A DNA stretch of 64,000 nucleotides, from positions 1 to 64,000 of the forward strand of contig CAVPRW010000014.1 in NCBI GenBank assembly GCA_963707985.1. Direction: 5' to 3'. This document shows, one piece after another, positions 60,909 to 64,000 of the stretch (the stretch's first letter is position 1; every line of letters starts with the position of its first letter). A model generated the notes under the pieces. The model ran no database searches and was not told the origin of the DNA. It was given only the letters and a program-made list of their open reading frames with translations. The stretch is from an uncultured Nitrospinota bacterium. GTDB taxonomy: Bacteria; Tectomicrobia; Entotheonellia; J063; CAVPRW01. A program made the translations under genes and the position numbers.

Positions 60909-61703
60909 ATGGCAGAGAGCCCCAAAATGTTGATGGAGAAAGAAGGAGCGCTGGGATGGATCACCTTTAACCAACCGGAGAAGCGCAACGCGGTCAGCCA
61001 GGAGATGTGGCAGATGATCCCGGATATCGTCAAGGATCTCGAAGAGGACGAAGAGATCCGCGTCATCATTCTGCGCGGTGCCGGTGATCAGGCATTCGTC
61101 GCGGGGGCCGATATCTCGCAATTCAAGGACCGCCGACGCAACATGGATGATGAGCTCGAGTACCGACGAGTATCCAGTCGCGGCTCGCAAAGCCTGACCA
61201 ATATTCGTAAGCCCTTGCTGGCGATGATCCATGGATATTGCATAGGGGGTGGTGTCGGCATCGCCATCACCTGTGATCTGCGCATCGCCTCGGATAGTGC
61301 ACGCTTCGGCGTCCCAGCCGCACGTCTAGGACTGGGGTATCATTATGATGGCATCGAAAAACTCATGCATCTGATCGGCCCCTCCAATGTCCTCGACATC
61401 TTTTACTCGGCTCGCACCGACTTCAGCGCCGCCGAGGCGCTGCGCATGGGATTGGTCAACCATGTGGTGCCACGCGCTGAGTTGGAGTCCTTCACCCGGC
61501 AGTACGCGTTACGGATCGCTGCTAACGCGCCGCTGACACAGCACACCGCCAAGGCCACCGTGCGTGAGCTGTTGCGCCCCGCCGAAATGCGCGATCTGAG
61601 CAAGCTCGATAAAATGCTGGCGGAGTGCTTCAACAGCGAGGATTATCAGGAAGGTGTCCGCGCCTTCAGCGAAAAGCGTCGACCGGTCTTCAAGGGTAAG
61701 TAA
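60909..61703 (+). CDS. Enoyl-CoA hydratase/isomerase
   Basis: NQPEKRNA, AFVAGADISQF, GYCIGGG, CDLRIA and EGVRAFSEKRRPVF motifs. Confidence 0.93.
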   Translation: MAESPKMLMEKEGALGWITFNQPEKRNAVSQEMWQMIPDIVKDLEEDEEIRVIILRGAGDQAFVAGADISQFKDRRRNMDDELEYRRVSSRGSQSLTNIRKPLLAMIHGYCIGGGVGIAITCDLRIASDSARFGVPAARLGLGYHYDGIEKLMHLIGPSNVLDIFYSARTDFSAAEALRMGLVNHVVPRAELESFTRQYALRIAANAPLTQHTAKATVRELLRPAEMRDLSKLDKMLAECFNSEDYQEGVRAFSEKRRPVFKGK

Positions 61704-61734
61704 CCGGCAGCCTATGGGCATAGGCCCGGCGGGT

Positions 61735-62820
61735 TCAGTTTAAAAGGGCCTGCTGAGCACGCCGTAAGCCGGTGGCTTGAATGACCTCTGCATCGGTGCG
61801 CACAGCTTCGTCCAAGGTATGCGGCGGGCGGGCGATAAACGGGGCTGTGCGCACCGGACAATCCATGACATCACACTGAGCGCAGTAGGCCCGATGGCAT
61901 GGATCGATGTGGAAAACGATCTCGCCCTCGACACCGCAAGCGCTCATGACGCGGTCCTCAAAGCTCTCGGCCAGAACATGGGCGCGGTCGACCGGCCAGT
62001 ATTCCGGCACCACGAGATGCGCATCGACATGGGTAAAGCGCCCAGAGCGAATGGCCCGTAAATGGTGAATACGAATGATGCCTGGCATACGGTAGGCGTC
62101 GAACGTTTTGAGGAGCTTGCCGATCAGCTTGGTATCTTCTTCATCCAGCAGGCCACCAGCGGCGTGCCGTACCAGCTTGATCCCGGTCCACCCCAGATTC
62201 ACACCGACAATGGCCGCCACCAGCGGATCGAACCAGGCGATGCCGGTCAGACGCACCAAGAGGAGCCCGCCAATGACTCCCAGGCTAGTCCAAAAATCCG
62301 ACAGGACGTGTTTGCCATCAGCGATCAAGGTGAGCGACTGTGTAGCTTTTCCCGTGCGGATCAAGAACCAACCCAATGCCGCATTAGCCACACCGGCGGC
62401 AAAGGTGATCATGAGTCCAAGATCAAGCTGCCTTAGCTCGGGAGGCTTAAAGAACCCTTGCACAGCCTCATAAATGATCATAATTGCGGCAAAGGTGATC
62501 AGCCCCCCTTCGAATGTCGCCGCGAAATACTCTATTTTCCCATGACCATAGGGATGGTTGCGATCGGCTGGACGCCCGGCAAACAGCAGGCTGCCAATGG
62601 CAAACAGCGCCGCCACCACATTGACGATACTCTCCAGAGCATCGGACAGGACGGCGGTTGATCCGGTCAGGTGGTAGGCTAGAAACTTCACCCAGAGCAG
62701 CGCCACACCAACCGCCAGCGAAATCAGCCCAGCGCGCAGACGGATACGGGTATCGTGCTGGAGATGGAGTCGAGAGCTCTCTGCATTCTCGGCGCGGGGA
62801 TCAGGTGGCGTGTCTGACAT
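61735..62820 (-). CDS. Cation diffusion facilitator transporter
   Basis: SDALESIVN, HPYGHGKIEY and ADGKHVLSD motifs; Cys-rich C-terminus; RBS GAGGAG. Confidence 0.93.
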   Translation of the reverse strand: MSDTPPDPRAENAESSRLHLQHDTRIRLRAGLISLAVGVALLWVKFLAYHLTGSTAVLSDALESIVNVVAALFAIGSLLFAGRPADRNHPYGHGKIEYFAATFEGGLITFAAIMIIYEAVQGFFKPPELRQLDLGLMITFAAGVANAALGWFLIRTGKATQSLTLIADGKHVLSDFWTSLGVIGGLLLVRLTGIAWFDPLVAAIVGVNLGWTGIKLVRHAAGGLLDEEDTKLIGKLLKTFDAYRMPGIIRIHHLRAIRSGRFTHVDAHLVVPEYWPVDRAHVLAESFEDRVMSACGVEGEIVFHIDPCHRAYCAQCDVMDCPVRTAPFIARPPHTLDEAVRTDAEVIQATGLRRAQQALLN

Positions 62821-62994
62821 ACGCTCCTCCCTGGAAGTGCCTCGGCTAGGTCCATAGGGGATTACCCGAATTGTAGTCGCTGTGCGAGAGATTGGTAAAG
62901 GGAAAAACTCGTCTTGACCCATATCTCCGAGCTGGCTAGGATGGCAGGGATTTATCTTTCCCTGTGAGCAACTCATACGAGAGGCGAGCCAACC

Positions 62995-64000
62995 ATGCAA
63001 TGTGGTCTGTTCACCGAATTGCAGTGTCCAGAAGGACGTCAGGAGTCCCAGTTATACGACGAGCTCCTCGAGCAAATCACCGAGGCCGAAGCGCTCGGGT
63101 TCGAGGCTATGTGGATGGCGGAGCTGCACTTCCACCGCCGCTTCTCGATCCTGTCGGCGCCACTGTTGACTGCCGCGGCCGCGGCGCAGCGTACCCAACG
63201 GCTGCGGCTGGGCATCGCGGTCAATTTGCTTCCCCTGCATCATCCCGTCAGGCTGGCCGAGGAAGGGGCGGTATTGGATGTCCTCAGCCACGGACGCCTG
63301 GATTTTGGCGTCGGGCGAGGGCACCCGTTTCCTGGCGTTTATGACAACTTTCATATCTCACCGGCGCAGAGCCGGGGGCGCTTTGCGGAGGCGCTCGACA
63401 TCCTGATCGGCGCTTGGACGCGCGAGCCCTTCAATTACCAGGGGGAATATTTTCAGATATCCGACTTGACTGTAGTCCCCAAACCGGTCCAGCAGCCGCA
63501 TCCGCCCGTCTTTGTCGCGGCTGGAAGTCCGGAAACGTACGCGGCCACGGGTCAGCGCGGACTCGGTATTCTCGTCCCAGGCCATGTTCAGCCCATGGAA
63601 GCACTGCAGGAAAACCTGGCCCACTATGGGGAGGCCGGGCGCGCAGCTGGGCATGCAGACCAACTACGGGTGACCTTTCTCATGCCCATCTATGTGGCGG
63701 AGAGCCAGCAGCAAGCTGAGGCGGAGCCCGAGCCCCATGTCATGTATTATTACAATGTGCTCGGCGGGCTGTTGTCGGGGGAGTTTCCGGAAAGTTATCA
63801 GCGCTATGGCGAGTCGCGCCGTCGCCTGGGGACCCTTAGCTACGACACCATCCGACGCGAGCGTGCCATCTTCGGAGAGCCTTCATATTGTCTCGAACGC
63901 ATACACCACATTCGCGAGGTGCTCGGAGTCCAGCAAATCATGGCCTGGATGAATATCGGCGGCATGCCCCACGACAAGGTGTTACGCTCGATGCAGCTGT
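62995..64000 (+). CDS. LLM-class flavin-dependent oxidoreductase (runs off window end; absent from ORF track)
   Basis: MQCGLFTE...AEALGFEAMWMAELHF...LLPLHHPVRLAEE..VLDVLSHGRLDFGVGRG...PKPVQQPHPP. Confidence 0.92.
   Translation, partial: MQCGLFTELQCPEGRQESQLYDELLEQITEAEALGFEAMWMAELHFHRRFSILSAPLLTAAAAAQRTQRLRLGIAVNLLPLHHPVRLAEEGAVLDVLSHGRLDFGVGRGHPFPGVYDNFHISPAQSRGRFAEALDILIGAWTREPFNYQGEYFQISDLTVVPKPVQQPHPPVFVAAGSPETYAATGQRGLGILVPGHVQPMEALQENLAHYGEAGRAAGHADQLRVTFLMPIYVAESQQQAEAEPEPHVMYYYNVLGGLLSGEFPESYQRYGESRRRLGTLSYDTIRRERAIFGEPSYCLERIHHIREVLGVQQIMAWMNIGGMPHDKVLRSMQL

Noticed and set aside
1..64000. CRISPR arrays, tRNA and rRNA genes
   Set aside because: None recognised by eye; a tRNAscan-SE/CRISPR scan would be needed to exclude them formally.

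Overview
GC-rich bacterial window with a housekeeping/transport region (about 1-27 kb), a large accessory region (about 27-58.5 kb) and more metabolic genes at the right end. The main result is a diversity-generating retroelement (DGR) on the minus strand, now broken up but reconstructable from the sequence. Its order is: small partner gene -> NACHT/FGE-CLec target 2 (VR remnant) -> NACHT/FGE-CLec target 1 (VR1) -> RT -> avd -> TR. TR (27866-27988) and VR1 (39405-39527) align over 123 bp, and 12 of the 15 mismatches fall at TR adenines. The RT gene is split by a 9,876-bp cargo element with ISL3-type ends and an 8-bp target-site duplication; its first 35 nt (MKTYKNLYPRI and part of W) sit at 39293-39327. 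Target 1 is split from its VR by a 949-bp ISAs1-like insertion with a 10-bp duplication. Both NACHT targets and the adjacent partner protein share a 17-aa motif (G-x-[VI]-x-A-x-[GQ]-x-I-x-A-x-N-[IVL]-[VI]-T-G) arranged like an NLR amyloid-signalling motif. This suggests hypermutable NLR-like sensors coupled to an effector, which is inference. The window also contains a fluoride riboswitch upstream of a DUF6062-like gene, a decayed integron (intI pseudogene, several attC sites, toxin-antitoxin cassettes), two ORF-less or truncated group II introns, a cyclase/sigma54-AAA+/truncated-globin fusion gene, and IS3, ISL3, IS91-like and ISNCY remnants. Isolated single-base frameshifts, including in ilvD, could be sequencing or assembly errors; the insertions with target-site duplications are much harder to explain that way. 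Family assignments come from motif recognition by eye, not database searches.
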